Assembly (NCBI GenBank): GCA_051880375.1
Contig: JBJENV010000060.1
Location: 9,228-73,227, forward strand
DNA from: Lachnospiraceae bacterium
GTDB lineage: Bacteria; Bacillota; Clostridia; Lachnospirales; Lachnospiraceae
Reading direction: 5' to 3'
Length of the DNA: 64,000 bases
The notes beneath the pieces are model-generated. The model searched no databases, had not been told where the DNA came from, and saw only the letters and a program-made list of their open reading frames with translations. Both the position numbers and the translations under genes were made by a program. How positions within the stretch are numbered: the stretch's first letter is position 1; the number at the start of each line of letters is the position of its first letter. Below, piece by piece: positions 38,218 to 46,453 of this stretch.

Positions 38218-39003
38218 ATGGCAAAAGTCATTATAGATGCCGGACACGGCGGCTTTGACAACGGTGCCGTCTATCAGGGACGGCGCGAGAAGGACGACAA
38301 TCTGGACATTGCACTGGCGGTTGGAGAAATCCTGCAGGAGCATGGCGTGGATGTCGAGTACACGAGGGTGGAGGATGTGTATCAGTCACCGGTCAGCAAG
38401 GCGGAAATCGCAAACCAGATAGGAGGAGATTATCTGATCTCCATCCACCGAAATTCCAGCCCGGAACCGAATACCTATTCCGGAGCGCAGGTACTTCTCT
38501 ATGATGAAAACGGCGCAAAGGCAGAGATGGCAGACGATATTCTGGATGAACTGGAGGATGTCGGCTTTCACGATTTAGGCATCAGCCTGCGAAAAAATCT
38601 TGCAATTCTTCGCAGAAGCCAGATGCCTGCTTTGCTTGTCGAGGTCGGATTTATCAATACCGATGCGGACAATGCGCTTTTGGACGCCCGCTTTGAGGAA
38701 ACCGCGCAGGCCATTGCAGACGGAATTCTGGAAACATTGGAGGACACCGGAAAGCTGGAGAGACCGCAGCGCCCGCCGCAGCAGATGCCGATTTACCGTG
38801 TACAGGTTGGACTGTATCGTAACCCGGACAACGCAGAGCGGCAGCGGAGCGAACTGGAAGCCAAGGGTTATCCGGCTGTGATTCAGATGTTCGGCGACCT
38901 CTACGCTGTAAGAGTAGGCGCAACCGACAGCCTGGAGGAAGCTACCAGCCTGGAGCGGGTACTGCAAAGACAGGGCTATGATACGCTGATTGTGTCGGAA
39001 TAA
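38218..39003 (+). CDS. N-acetylmuramoyl-L-alanine amidase (Amidase_3) with C-terminal SPOR domain
   Basis: IIDAGHGG.D.GA, SIH.N and E.GF..N motifs. C-terminal YRVQVG.Y....NA SPOR-like repeat. GGAGG RBS before the ATG at 38218. Confidence 0.85.
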   Translation: MAKVIIDAGHGGFDNGAVYQGRREKDDNLDIALAVGEILQEHGVDVEYTRVEDVYQSPVSKAEIANQIGGDYLISIHRNSSPEPNTYSGAQVLLYDENGAKAEMADDILDELEDVGFHDLGISLRKNLAILRRSQMPALLVEVGFINTDADNALLDARFEETAQAIADGILETLEDTGKLERPQRPPQQMPIYRVQVGLYRNPDNAERQRSELEAKGYPAVIQMFGDLYAVRVGATDSLEEATSLERVLQRQGYDTLIVSE

Positions 39004-39033
39004 CGTAATAGAATATCGGGAGTTTGTATTGTA

Positions 39034-39078
39034 AAGCAGCGGAGCGGAAAGAGGTTTTCGGCTCCGCTACTGCTTTTG
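39034..39078 (+). terminator. Intrinsic terminator at the end of the core region
   Basis: AAGCAGCGGAGC...GCTCCGCTACTGCTT hairpin plus TTTT. Confidence 0.65.
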
Positions 39079-39240
39079 TGCCGGCGATAAAAAAGCAATC
39101 ACAGTATACTGATTGAACAAAATTATAGTGAAATTTTTGTAGATTACTAACAAAGAAGAAGGAAAATACTGGACATGAGTCGGCTTCTGTGCTATGCTGA
39201 ACTTGAGAGAGATACGGAGGAAGAAGGAGGCGTTAGGCTG

Positions 39241-39585
39241 ATGGAATTTACATTACAGCGTGAAAGAGCAATCGGATATAATTTGTCTCGTATTTTGCAG
39301 GAAAAGAAAATGACATCTGAACAATTGGCGGAGAAGGTTTCTTGTAATCCAATGCACATAAAGGCCATTTTGACAGGAAGTATAGGGGTAAAAGAACAGG
39401 AGATAGCAGATATTGCAGAGACTTTAGAGGTAAGTTCATCTGATATTTGCACAGCACATGAGGATGAAATGAAGGATTACAACATTCACTATATGGGGAC
39501 AGTAAATGATTCATTAGAGTTAAACAAAATACTTGATGATGTCGACATGTATGTTCGTTTGTTGAATATGAAATCCTGCAGTTAG
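39241..39585 (+). CDS. XRE-family helix-turn-helix transcriptional regulator
   Basis: HTH_3-like segment (IGYNLSRILQEKKMTSEQLAEKVSCNPMHIKAILTG). Start set at MEFTLQ, with AAGGAGG upstream. Confidence 0.7.
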   Translation: MEFTLQRERAIGYNLSRILQEKKMTSEQLAEKVSCNPMHIKAILTGSIGVKEQEIADIAETLEVSSSDICTAHEDEMKDYNIHYMGTVNDSLELNKILDDVDMYVRLLNMKSCS

Positions 39586-39598
39586 GCGGTGCATTCGC

Positions 39599-40453
39599 AT
39601 GATGAAACCGGAGTATATCACGATTATTAAGCAGGAAGTGCAACGAGTACGAAAAAAATATGAATTAGGCGCTGATGCACCGATTGGAGATTACATATTT
39701 GCTATCTTAAAAGATGAATGTGTACTATTTGAGAAGCCTTCGAAAAATTTGCTGGATTTAGATGGCTTTAGTGTAGAAAAGGTAATTGATAATGAGATAA
39801 AGACCGTAGTTTATATCAATACTGCGAAAAACAAAGAAAAACAGAACTTTTGTGCAGCTCATGAACTCGGACATAGATATAGGTTGGATAGTCGGATAAA
39901 AGATGAATTCCCAGATGAAATGTATTTTCCGGTGGAAGATATTATGAATCGCTTTGCGGCAGAACTGATGATGCCTGAAATGGATTTTAAAAAGCGAGGC
40001 AAAAGATGGTTTGATGAATTTCTGAAAAAGGATAGAAAAGGTAAAAAAATAATTAAGCTGAAAGATCTGCTCAATATTGTTATACAGCTGATGGATTTTT
40101 ATTATGTCCCGTATAAAGCAGTGGTAAAACGTCTGGAAGAAACAGGACTATTATCTGCTAGCACATGTGCTCTACTGGAGAAGTATGAAAACAGTGAGGG
40201 AGGAAAAGCAGTCATTGATGCATTAATTCTGGATAGTGGGATTACCCGATTGCGTACGCCAGATTATAAAACACAGTATTCTGTTCCAATTGAAAGAAAT
40301 CTACAAGATATTTTAATGGATACCGAAATTACTAAGTATATGAATCCGGGAGAATTGGAGAAATACCTGGAAGAAAGAGGAATATCGGTAGAAAATGCAG
40401 AGTTAATTAAGAACATGAGAAAAATAGAATCGAAAACGTTATCTGTAGAATAG
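39599..40453 (+). CDS. ImmA/IrrE-family (COG2856) zinc metallopeptidase with extended C-terminal region
   Basis: HEXXH motif AAHELGHRY followed by AAELMMP, which is typical of ImmA/IrrE. It lies immediately downstream of the XRE gene. Confidence 0.75.
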   Translation: MMKPEYITIIKQEVQRVRKKYELGADAPIGDYIFAILKDECVLFEKPSKNLLDLDGFSVEKVIDNEIKTVVYINTAKNKEKQNFCAAHELGHRYRLDSRIKDEFPDEMYFPVEDIMNRFAAELMMPEMDFKKRGKRWFDEFLKKDRKGKKIIKLKDLLNIVIQLMDFYYVPYKAVVKRLEETGLLSASTCALLEKYENSEGGKAVIDALILDSGITRLRTPDYKTQYSVPIERNLQDILMDTEITKYMNPGELEKYLEERGISVENAELIKNMRKIESKTLSVE

Positions 40454-40463
40454 AGTAATTGAT

Positions 40464-40500
40464 AAAAGCTCAGAGCCATGCGGCTAAGAGCTTTTTTGAT
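40464..40500 (+). terminator. Hairpin plus T-run after the ImmA-like gene, overlapping the 3' end of the convergent gene
   Basis: AAAAGCTCAGAGCC-ATGC-GGCTAAGAGCTTTTTT. Confidence 0.5.
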
Positions 40501-40975
40501 ATGTGCTGATAAATTGTTTGATGTCTTGAGATAATGAATCGGCTTTTAATGTTGAAAGCAATTCGGAGGAGAAAGAAGCGTTGCTGACTTTTTCAATCTC
40601 GCTCTCTAAGGAAAGACGAAATAGAGCTATTTTTAATCGGAAAAACTGAAAATCTTTAATAAATGCATCAGGAAGGTCAGCAGCTGTCAAATCTGAAAGA
40701 TGCTTTTCTACCAACTCGAGTTTTCTGCAGTGAAAGATAGCATCATTTTTATCTAAAAGAATAGGATTTACTGTAATAAAATATGCTAAATTAGCCAAAT
40801 ATGCCCTGAAGAGTTCGAGAGCAGCATCGCGGTTGATATTTTGTAATCGCTTAACTTCCTGATTGGATTTTAGTTTTTGAGATTTATAGGTCAGGTATGC
40901 AATCAAAATACTTGCGCCTATTGTTAGTATCGTAGTTAGAACCTGAGTAATGCAGGTCAATACGGTGTTGTCCAT
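40484..40975 (-). CDS. Hypothetical protein with one N-terminal TM helix and an all-helical cytoplasmic region
   Basis: GGAGGTA RBS before the ATG at 40975. TM helix CITQVLTTILTIGASILIAYL. I recognise no family. Confidence 0.5.
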   Translation of the reverse strand: MDNTVLTCITQVLTTILTIGASILIAYLTYKSQKLKSNQEVKRLQNINRDAALELFRAYLANLAYFITVNPILLDKNDAIFHCRKLELVEKHLSDLTAADLPDAFIKDFQFFRLKIALFRLSLESEIEKVSNASFSSELLSTLKADSLSQDIKQFISTYQKSS

Positions 40976-41222
40976 TTCATTACCTCCTTGTAGACCAATT
41001 ATACAATAGGCGGGCTGAAAATTCCATAAGAATCGTGAGTTTTTTTTTGACACTAATCTACCGGTACGATTAGGTGATATAGTTTCGATACAGTTAATCG
41101 TGGTATTGTTACTATATGTCAGATAGATAAAGTGTAAGACGAAATGTTACATTTGTCTCAAAGCGGAAATAAACGTTTCCCCTCAGCTTTTACGAGCGTT
41201 ATACTATAAAGTAAAAAAAGGC

Positions 41223-41250
41223 TTGTAAAATTGTAAAAATGTGATATTAT
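41223..41250 (+). promoter_or_regulatory. Candidate promoter heading the glycan locus (TTGTAA-16-TGaTATTAT, extended -10)
   Basis: -35-like element at 41223-41228, TG at 41242-41243, and -10 TATTAT at 41245-41250. Confidence 0.4.
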
Positions 41251-41253
41251 TGA

Positions 41254-41284
41254 ATATGCGTGTATGTTTACACATATTTTTTTT
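41254..41284 (+). terminator. Terminator-like hairpin plus T8 immediately downstream of the candidate promoter (possible attenuator)
   Basis: ATATGCGTGTA-TGTT-TACACATAT (one bulged C) is followed by eight T. It ends 72 nt before the 41356 start. Confidence 0.45.
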
Positions 41285-41355
41285 GAATGCACAAATTAGA
41301 TAAGTTATTTTAATAAATATAATATTGAGGCGAAAAGATTCAGACGGAGGAAGAG

Positions 41356-42321
41356 ATGGGAAAGATAGCTACATTCAAAAAGATTGATGAAAACAAGTTA
41401 TATCAAGTACTGATATTTCTAATTCTCATGCTAGTTATATTTTCTTCGTATTTTTTTATCAGACATCAATTGGATAAACGTTTCAATATGATAAAAGATG
41501 ATTTTTCATGGGTTTATCAGGTTGATAAGATTGCAGAAGAAGAAGGAAAGTTAGTATTATCCGGGTGGGCATTTCAATTGAAGCGGAATTCCACTGCAGA
41601 AAACTGTGAGTTAATTCTCTATAATACGGAAACCGGAAAAGCCTACTATCCGGAAATGAATTTTTTTGCAAGAGAAGATGTAAACAGCTACTTTTTATGT
41701 GAGTATGACTATACAGACTCTGGATTTTCGGCTTCGATATCTGCTAAAAAGCTGGATTTGGAGAATTCTGTATATGAAATTCTGTTAAGACCGGCGGGAG
41801 AGCGAAATGCATATCAGACCGGTATTTATTATGCCAATGGGAAGATGATGTTTGCAAATCCGAAGGAGTTTGTTCCTCTGGAGACAGCAGGGACGGATTT
41901 AGAAAGGGTTACAGAGGAAGGTGTGCTTCGTGTCTACCGTCCAGACTTTGGAATATATGTCTATCAGTATGAGGGTGAACTGTATTGGATAGCGGAAGAA
42001 ACTTATGGATTTGTAGATGGAGATTCTTATGTGCAGTTTCAGATGGATACAACACAAATTGATAAGTTGCCAGAGAAAAGATTAGCGAATAACTGGTTTT
42101 GGAGTAATATTGGATTTTATTTTAAATCAAACGAATTGATTGACTGGGATACCGGAAATTATCGTGTGGCGAAATGTGCACTTCCTACGGAGTATTCGAT
42201 TACAAAAATTTGGACAGGAAATTATATCGAGGATTGGATTTGGATGCAGTATTTTAGACCATTTTATGATTTTTCTGAAGCGGAGAGCTACTCTATTTAT
42301 GGAGTGGTAATCAAGACTTGA
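41356..42321 (+). CDS. Hypothetical membrane-anchored extracytoplasmic protein (first gene of the glycan locus)
   Basis: GGAGG RBS. One N-terminal TM helix (YQVLIFLILMLVIFSSYFFI). A Trp/Tyr-rich domain of about 280 aa that I cannot assign to a family. Confidence 0.55.
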   Translation: MGKIATFKKIDENKLYQVLIFLILMLVIFSSYFFIRHQLDKRFNMIKDDFSWVYQVDKIAEEEGKLVLSGWAFQLKRNSTAENCELILYNTETGKAYYPEMNFFAREDVNSYFLCEYDYTDSGFSASISAKKLDLENSVYEILLRPAGERNAYQTGIYYANGKMMFANPKEFVPLETAGTDLERVTEEGVLRVYRPDFGIYVYQYEGELYWIAEETYGFVDGDSYVQFQMDTTQIDKLPEKRLANNWFWSNIGFYFKSNELIDWDTGNYRVAKCALPTEYSITKIWTGNYIEDWIWMQYFRPFYDFSEAESYSIYGVVIKT

Positions 42322-42551
42322 CTACATACAAGGTATTGCAGACAGTGTTTAGTGTTGTGCTGAGTTTCAAAATGGAATGAATTTCATAAGAAGTTGGTAC
42401 CAATCGAAGTACATGAAAACTATATAGAATATAGAAATGCTCAAAAGAAAAATGACATACAGATATTGTATGGACAAAATAATTACATTTAGTGTGGTGA
42501 AAAACGGATTCACGCAGATAGTGTGAATGAGGAGAGAGAAAGATACAAAGG

Positions 42552-44480
42552 ATGAATAAAAACATAAAATTTTCCTTGGCATTATATGATTTTTTGATTT
42601 TCTTCTTAGTGGATGTCATTTTGTATGTTTTTTACCGAGGTGCGGGAGAACTTGACAAAAAGGGAGTGCTGTTTCAAAGTATATTGGCGATTGTGACGAT
42701 TTTTGGAGCCAGATTCCTAGGAAAAATCTATCGGCAAATTTGGCGCTACGGTGGTATACAGTGCTACATAAAACTATTGGTAGCAGATTCGGTCGCATTT
42801 TTTGCTTATCTTATTCTTGAGATGACGCTTCCAATTCAGCATATCGCTTTTGTAAAATTACTTGCATTCTGCTGTATGAATACATTAGGCGCTCTGGGAA
42901 TTCGAATGGTTTACCGTTATGCGTACAAATGTGGAAGTCAGGATAATAGAACTGGAATGATTCTCCGGTGGCTACTGAAGGTTTTTTCATTGGGAAAAGT
43001 CGTGACCGAACCTGATCCGAACAGCCAAAAAATAAAGATTGCTATTATCGGTGCTGGTGCTGTTGGTGTTGGCTTAGCAGAAGACTTGCTGAGTAACAAA
43101 AAGGCACAGTATGTGGCTAGATGCTTCATCGATAGTGATAAGAGCAAGATTGGCAGAGATATTCACGGAATCTCAGTCATGAGTGAAGATGAAGCTAGTC
43201 TGGAAGAATTGAAAAACCACCATATTCAGGAGGTGGTTTTCGCTGTTCCCAATATGGAGAGCAGCAGAAAGATGGAACTATATGATTACTACCAAAAAGC
43301 CGGATTCCGGATAAAAGTCTTTGATTATCCAAGTATGGATGGAGTTGGGGATAGTCCTAGTAATGTCTCAGGAAGAAAACGACAACTACGTGAGTTTAAT
43401 ATTGAAGACCTTTTAATGAGAAAGCAAAAGGAGATCATCAATGATAGAGCAAGGACTTACTACAAAGATAAGGTAATCCTTATCACCGGTGGTGGCGGTT
43501 CTATTGGGTCAGAGCTATGCAGACAGCTTGCCAAGATGAACCCGAAGCAACTTGTTATCGTGGATATTTATGAAAACTGTGCATATGATGTTCAACAGAG
43601 CTTGAACTTCGCTTACAAAGGAGCACTGGATATAAAAGTTGAGATTGTAAGCATCACAAACAAAAAAGGACTTGCAAGGGTGTTCAGAGAGTATCATCCA
43701 GATATCTGTATTAACGCAGCGGCTCATAAGCATGTACCTCTTATGGAAAAGAACTGTGTAGAAGCGGTAGAGAATAACGTTTTTGGAACATTAAATGTGA
43801 TTCAGTGCTGTGAGGAACACGGTTGTAAGAGATTCATGATGGTCAGCACTGACAAGGCAGTCAATCCTACGAATGTCATGGGTGCCACCAAGAGAATGTG
43901 CGAGATGATTATACAGGCTTACAGCACAAGAGGAAAGGTAAAGTGCAGTGCCACTCGGTTTGGAAATGTGCTGGGAAGTGCTGGATCAGTGATCCCGCTA
44001 TTTAAGAGACAGATTCAAGCGGGAGGACCAGTTACAGTAACAGATAAGCGGATAATAAGATACTTCATGACAATCCAAGAAGCTTCGCAATTAGTATTGA
44101 TGAGTGGCGCAATGGCAGAGAACGGAGAATTGTTTGTACTTGATATGGGTAAGCCGGTTAGAATTTATGATCTGGCTGAGAATATGATTCGTCTGAGTGG
44201 CGTGGAAGGTATAGAGATTATTGAAACCGGGTTAAGGCCTGGAGAGAAGCTTTATGAGGAACTTCTGGTAAAGACGGAAGAACTTGAAAAGACAGAGAAC
44301 GACATGATTTTCATTGAAAGGGAAAATACAATCAGTATGGATGAACTTGAAGTGAAACTTGAAATGTTAAGATTAGCCTGTGAGGCTGATGAGGATGATG
44401 AAGTAAGAGAAGCAATGAGAAAAGTTGTTCCGACTTTTAGAAGACCAGAAGAGGTTAATAGAAAAGTGGATAATAATTGA
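42552..44480 (+). CDS. Membrane-bound Polysacc_synt_2 (CapD/PglF/WbpM-like) nucleotide-sugar 4,6-dehydratase
   Basis: Four N-terminal TM helices. Rossmann motifs IIGAGAVG and ITGGGGSIGSEL. Catalytic region VSTDKAVNPTNVMGATKR. Confidence 0.9.
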   Translation: MNKNIKFSLALYDFLIFFLVDVILYVFYRGAGELDKKGVLFQSILAIVTIFGARFLGKIYRQIWRYGGIQCYIKLLVADSVAFFAYLILEMTLPIQHIAFVKLLAFCCMNTLGALGIRMVYRYAYKCGSQDNRTGMILRWLLKVFSLGKVVTEPDPNSQKIKIAIIGAGAVGVGLAEDLLSNKKAQYVARCFIDSDKSKIGRDIHGISVMSEDEASLEELKNHHIQEVVFAVPNMESSRKMELYDYYQKAGFRIKVFDYPSMDGVGDSPSNVSGRKRQLREFNIEDLLMRKQKEIINDRARTYYKDKVILITGGGGSIGSELCRQLAKMNPKQLVIVDIYENCAYDVQQSLNFAYKGALDIKVEIVSITNKKGLARVFREYHPDICINAAAHKHVPLMEKNCVEAVENNVFGTLNVIQCCEEHGCKRFMMVSTDKAVNPTNVMGATKRMCEMIIQAYSTRGKVKCSATRFGNVLGSAGSVIPLFKRQIQAGGPVTVTDKRIIRYFMTIQEASQLVLMSGAMAENGELFVLDMGKPVRIYDLAENMIRLSGVEGIEIIETGLRPGEKLYEELLVKTEELEKTENDMIFIERENTISMDELEVKLEMLRLACEADEDDEVREAMRKVVPTFRRPEEVNRKVDNN

Positions 44481-44502
44481 TGATAGTGTAAGGAGAAGAG
44501 AA

Positions 44503-45174
44503 GTGAATTATATAGTAGTAGTAGCGCACCCCGATGATGAAGTTTTGGGAGCAGGAGCAGCAATTCATAAATTGATTCAGGAAGGACATAGCGTAGCTGT
44601 AGCTATCATGGTCAGCAGGGCAGCAGCGAGAAAAGATTTATCCTGTACATTATCTGATGATGAAAGGAAAGCTCTTTCTATCGTTGGTGTGGAAAAAACA
44701 TATCATGCAGATTTTCCGAATATCAAGATGAACACAGTACCTCATCTGGAGTTGGTACAGTTCATTGAGTCGTGTATTCAGGACTGGAATGCTGAGGCTA
44801 TTATAACTCACCATCCATCAGATACAAACAACGATCATGTAATGACTTCTTATGCTGTACAAGCTGCATGCCGTTTATTCCAGAGAAGAGATAATCTTCC
44901 GGCACTGAAAGAACTTCTGTACATGGAAGTTCCTTCTTCAACTGAGTGGTCTTTTGATACCTCAGCTAATAGATTTAACCCAAATTATTTCATTGAGATT
45001 GGAAAGGAAGGCGTGGAAATAAAGCTGAAAGCTCTTTCTGCCTATAAAGGAGTTATGAGATCTTATCCTCATCCCCGCTCGAATGAGGCACTTGAAGGTT
45101 TGGCTGCATACCGTGGAGCGCAGGCCGGATGTAACTATGCTGAAGCTTTTGAATGTGCATTTAAGAGGAGTTAG
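44503..45174 (+). CDS. PIG-L/LmbE-family deacetylase (GTG start)
   Basis: VVVAHPDDEVLGAG motif and a later HHPSDTNNDH. AAGGAG lies 7 nt before the GTG at 44503. The ORF-track ATG at 44425 overlaps the upstream gene and lacks an RBS. Confidence 0.8.
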   Translation: MNYIVVVAHPDDEVLGAGAAIHKLIQEGHSVAVAIMVSRAAARKDLSCTLSDDERKALSIVGVEKTYHADFPNIKMNTVPHLELVQFIESCIQDWNAEAIITHHPSDTNNDHVMTSYAVQAACRLFQRRDNLPALKELLYMEVPSSTEWSFDTSANRFNPNYFIEIGKEGVEIKLKALSAYKGVMRSYPHPRSNEALEGLAAYRGAQAGCNYAEAFECAFKRS

Positions 45175-45185
45175 GAGTATTTAGA

Positions 45186-46442
45186 ATGAATTGTAGGATA
45201 GATGAATTAAAGGTAAAGGAATTAATAACGGAATATGGTTCTCCACTATACATTTTCCATGCTGAAGAGTTTGAAGATAATTATTTAAGCCTTCTTAAGT
45301 CAATTAGAAAAATTTATCCAAAATACGATATAGCCTATTCATATAAGACAAACTATACGCCAATGATTTGTAAGCAAGTAAAGGAACTTGGAGGATTGGC
45401 AGAAGTAGTTTCCGAAATGGAATATGATCTTGCAAAAAAGATTGGATATACAAATGACAAAATTGTTTATAACGGACCTGTTAAGGGCGAAGGACTTTTT
45501 GACCATCTTATGCATGGTGGGGTGGCAAATATAGATAATCTTGATGAAATGCAGTCAGTAGTAGAGTTTGCAAAAAGAAATTCCAAGATGAATATACGCA
45601 TTGCTTTTAGAGTCAATATTGATATAGATCAAGGATTCATATCAAGATTTGGAATCGATGCATATGAAGATGTAGATAAAGATAAAAATTCAGAAATAGA
45701 TAAAGCATTCACTATGATTGATAAGCAAGAAAATATTAGTGTTGTTGGTATTCACTGCCATGTTGGAAAATCGAGAAACATTGATGCTTGGAAGAATCGA
45801 ATCAGAATCATGTTTAAGCTTATTGACAGATACTTCAAAATCACACCGGAGTTTATAGATTTAGGCAGTGGTATGAATTCTGTCATGGAACCAGAGCTTG
45901 CTTGTCAATTCGGAGGTCATATACCTACATTTAATGAATATGCAGATGTTGTAGCAACAGCAATGAATGAAAAATATGGTCATCTTCCTTTTAATAGTCA
46001 GCCTTGGTTATATACTGAACCGGGTACAACTCTTATTTCGGGTTGCATGTCCTTCTTAGGTACTGTAAAAAGCATTAAAAATGTAAAGAAAAAGACATAT
46101 GTAACTTTTGATTGCAGTGGTGGAAATATGGGAGACATTTGTCATCTTAAGAACCTGCCAATCAGCATTTACCATAATGGTGGAGAATTGAATAAAATCA
46201 GTGATGGAACTTTTGTCGGGTATACATGCCTTGAACATGATCACATGTATGATGGCTTTAATGGCGAACTTGCTGTAGGTGATATTATTCAGTTTAGAAA
46301 TATAGGAAGTTATAGCAACGTGTTTAAGCCGCCTTTTATTCTTCCTAACTGCGCAATGGTTCAAATCACTAAAGAAGGAGATGTTGAATTAATCAAGCAT
46401 AAGGAAACCTTTGATGACATTTTCCACACATATGTATTTTAA
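45186..46442 (+). CDS. PLP-dependent group IV (Orn/DAP/Arg-type) decarboxylase
   Basis: PLP-lysine context YSYKTNY, HCHVGS-like HCHVGK, EPGTTL, and a C-terminal GSY motif. Confidence 0.8.
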   Translation: MNCRIDELKVKELITEYGSPLYIFHAEEFEDNYLSLLKSIRKIYPKYDIAYSYKTNYTPMICKQVKELGGLAEVVSEMEYDLAKKIGYTNDKIVYNGPVKGEGLFDHLMHGGVANIDNLDEMQSVVEFAKRNSKMNIRIAFRVNIDIDQGFISRFGIDAYEDVDKDKNSEIDKAFTMIDKQENISVVGIHCHVGKSRNIDAWKNRIRIMFKLIDRYFKITPEFIDLGSGMNSVMEPELACQFGGHIPTFNEYADVVATAMNEKYGHLPFNSQPWLYTEPGTTLISGCMSFLGTVKSIKNVKKKTYVTFDCSGGNMGDICHLKNLPISIYHNGGELNKISDGTFVGYTCLEHDHMYDGFNGELAVGDIIQFRNIGSYSNVFKPPFILPNCAMVQITKEGDVELIKHKETFDDIFHTYVF

Positions 46443-46453
46443 GGAGGCATGAG

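Noticed and set aside
39175-41053. I considered the XRE/ImmA region as the edge of a prophage or ICE.
   Set aside because: There is no integrase, recombinase, excisionase, replication, structural or conjugation gene, and no attachment-site repeats or flanking tRNA in the window. It is kept as a finding only as a stand-alone module.
41054-41075. A near-palindrome (CTAATC-TACCGGTA-C-GATTAG) upstream of the 163-aa TM protein gene. I considered it as an XRE operator.
   Set aside because: It is imperfect, with an offset centre, occurs as a single copy and is short. It cannot be distinguished from chance without binding data.
42311-42619. Minus-strand ORFs of 102 and 71 aa in the intergenic region upstream of the PglF-like gene.
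   Set aside because: This is an AT-rich intergenic region. The translations are hydrophobic and low-complexity, there is no RBS, and the ORFs overlap the start of the well-supported plus-strand gene.
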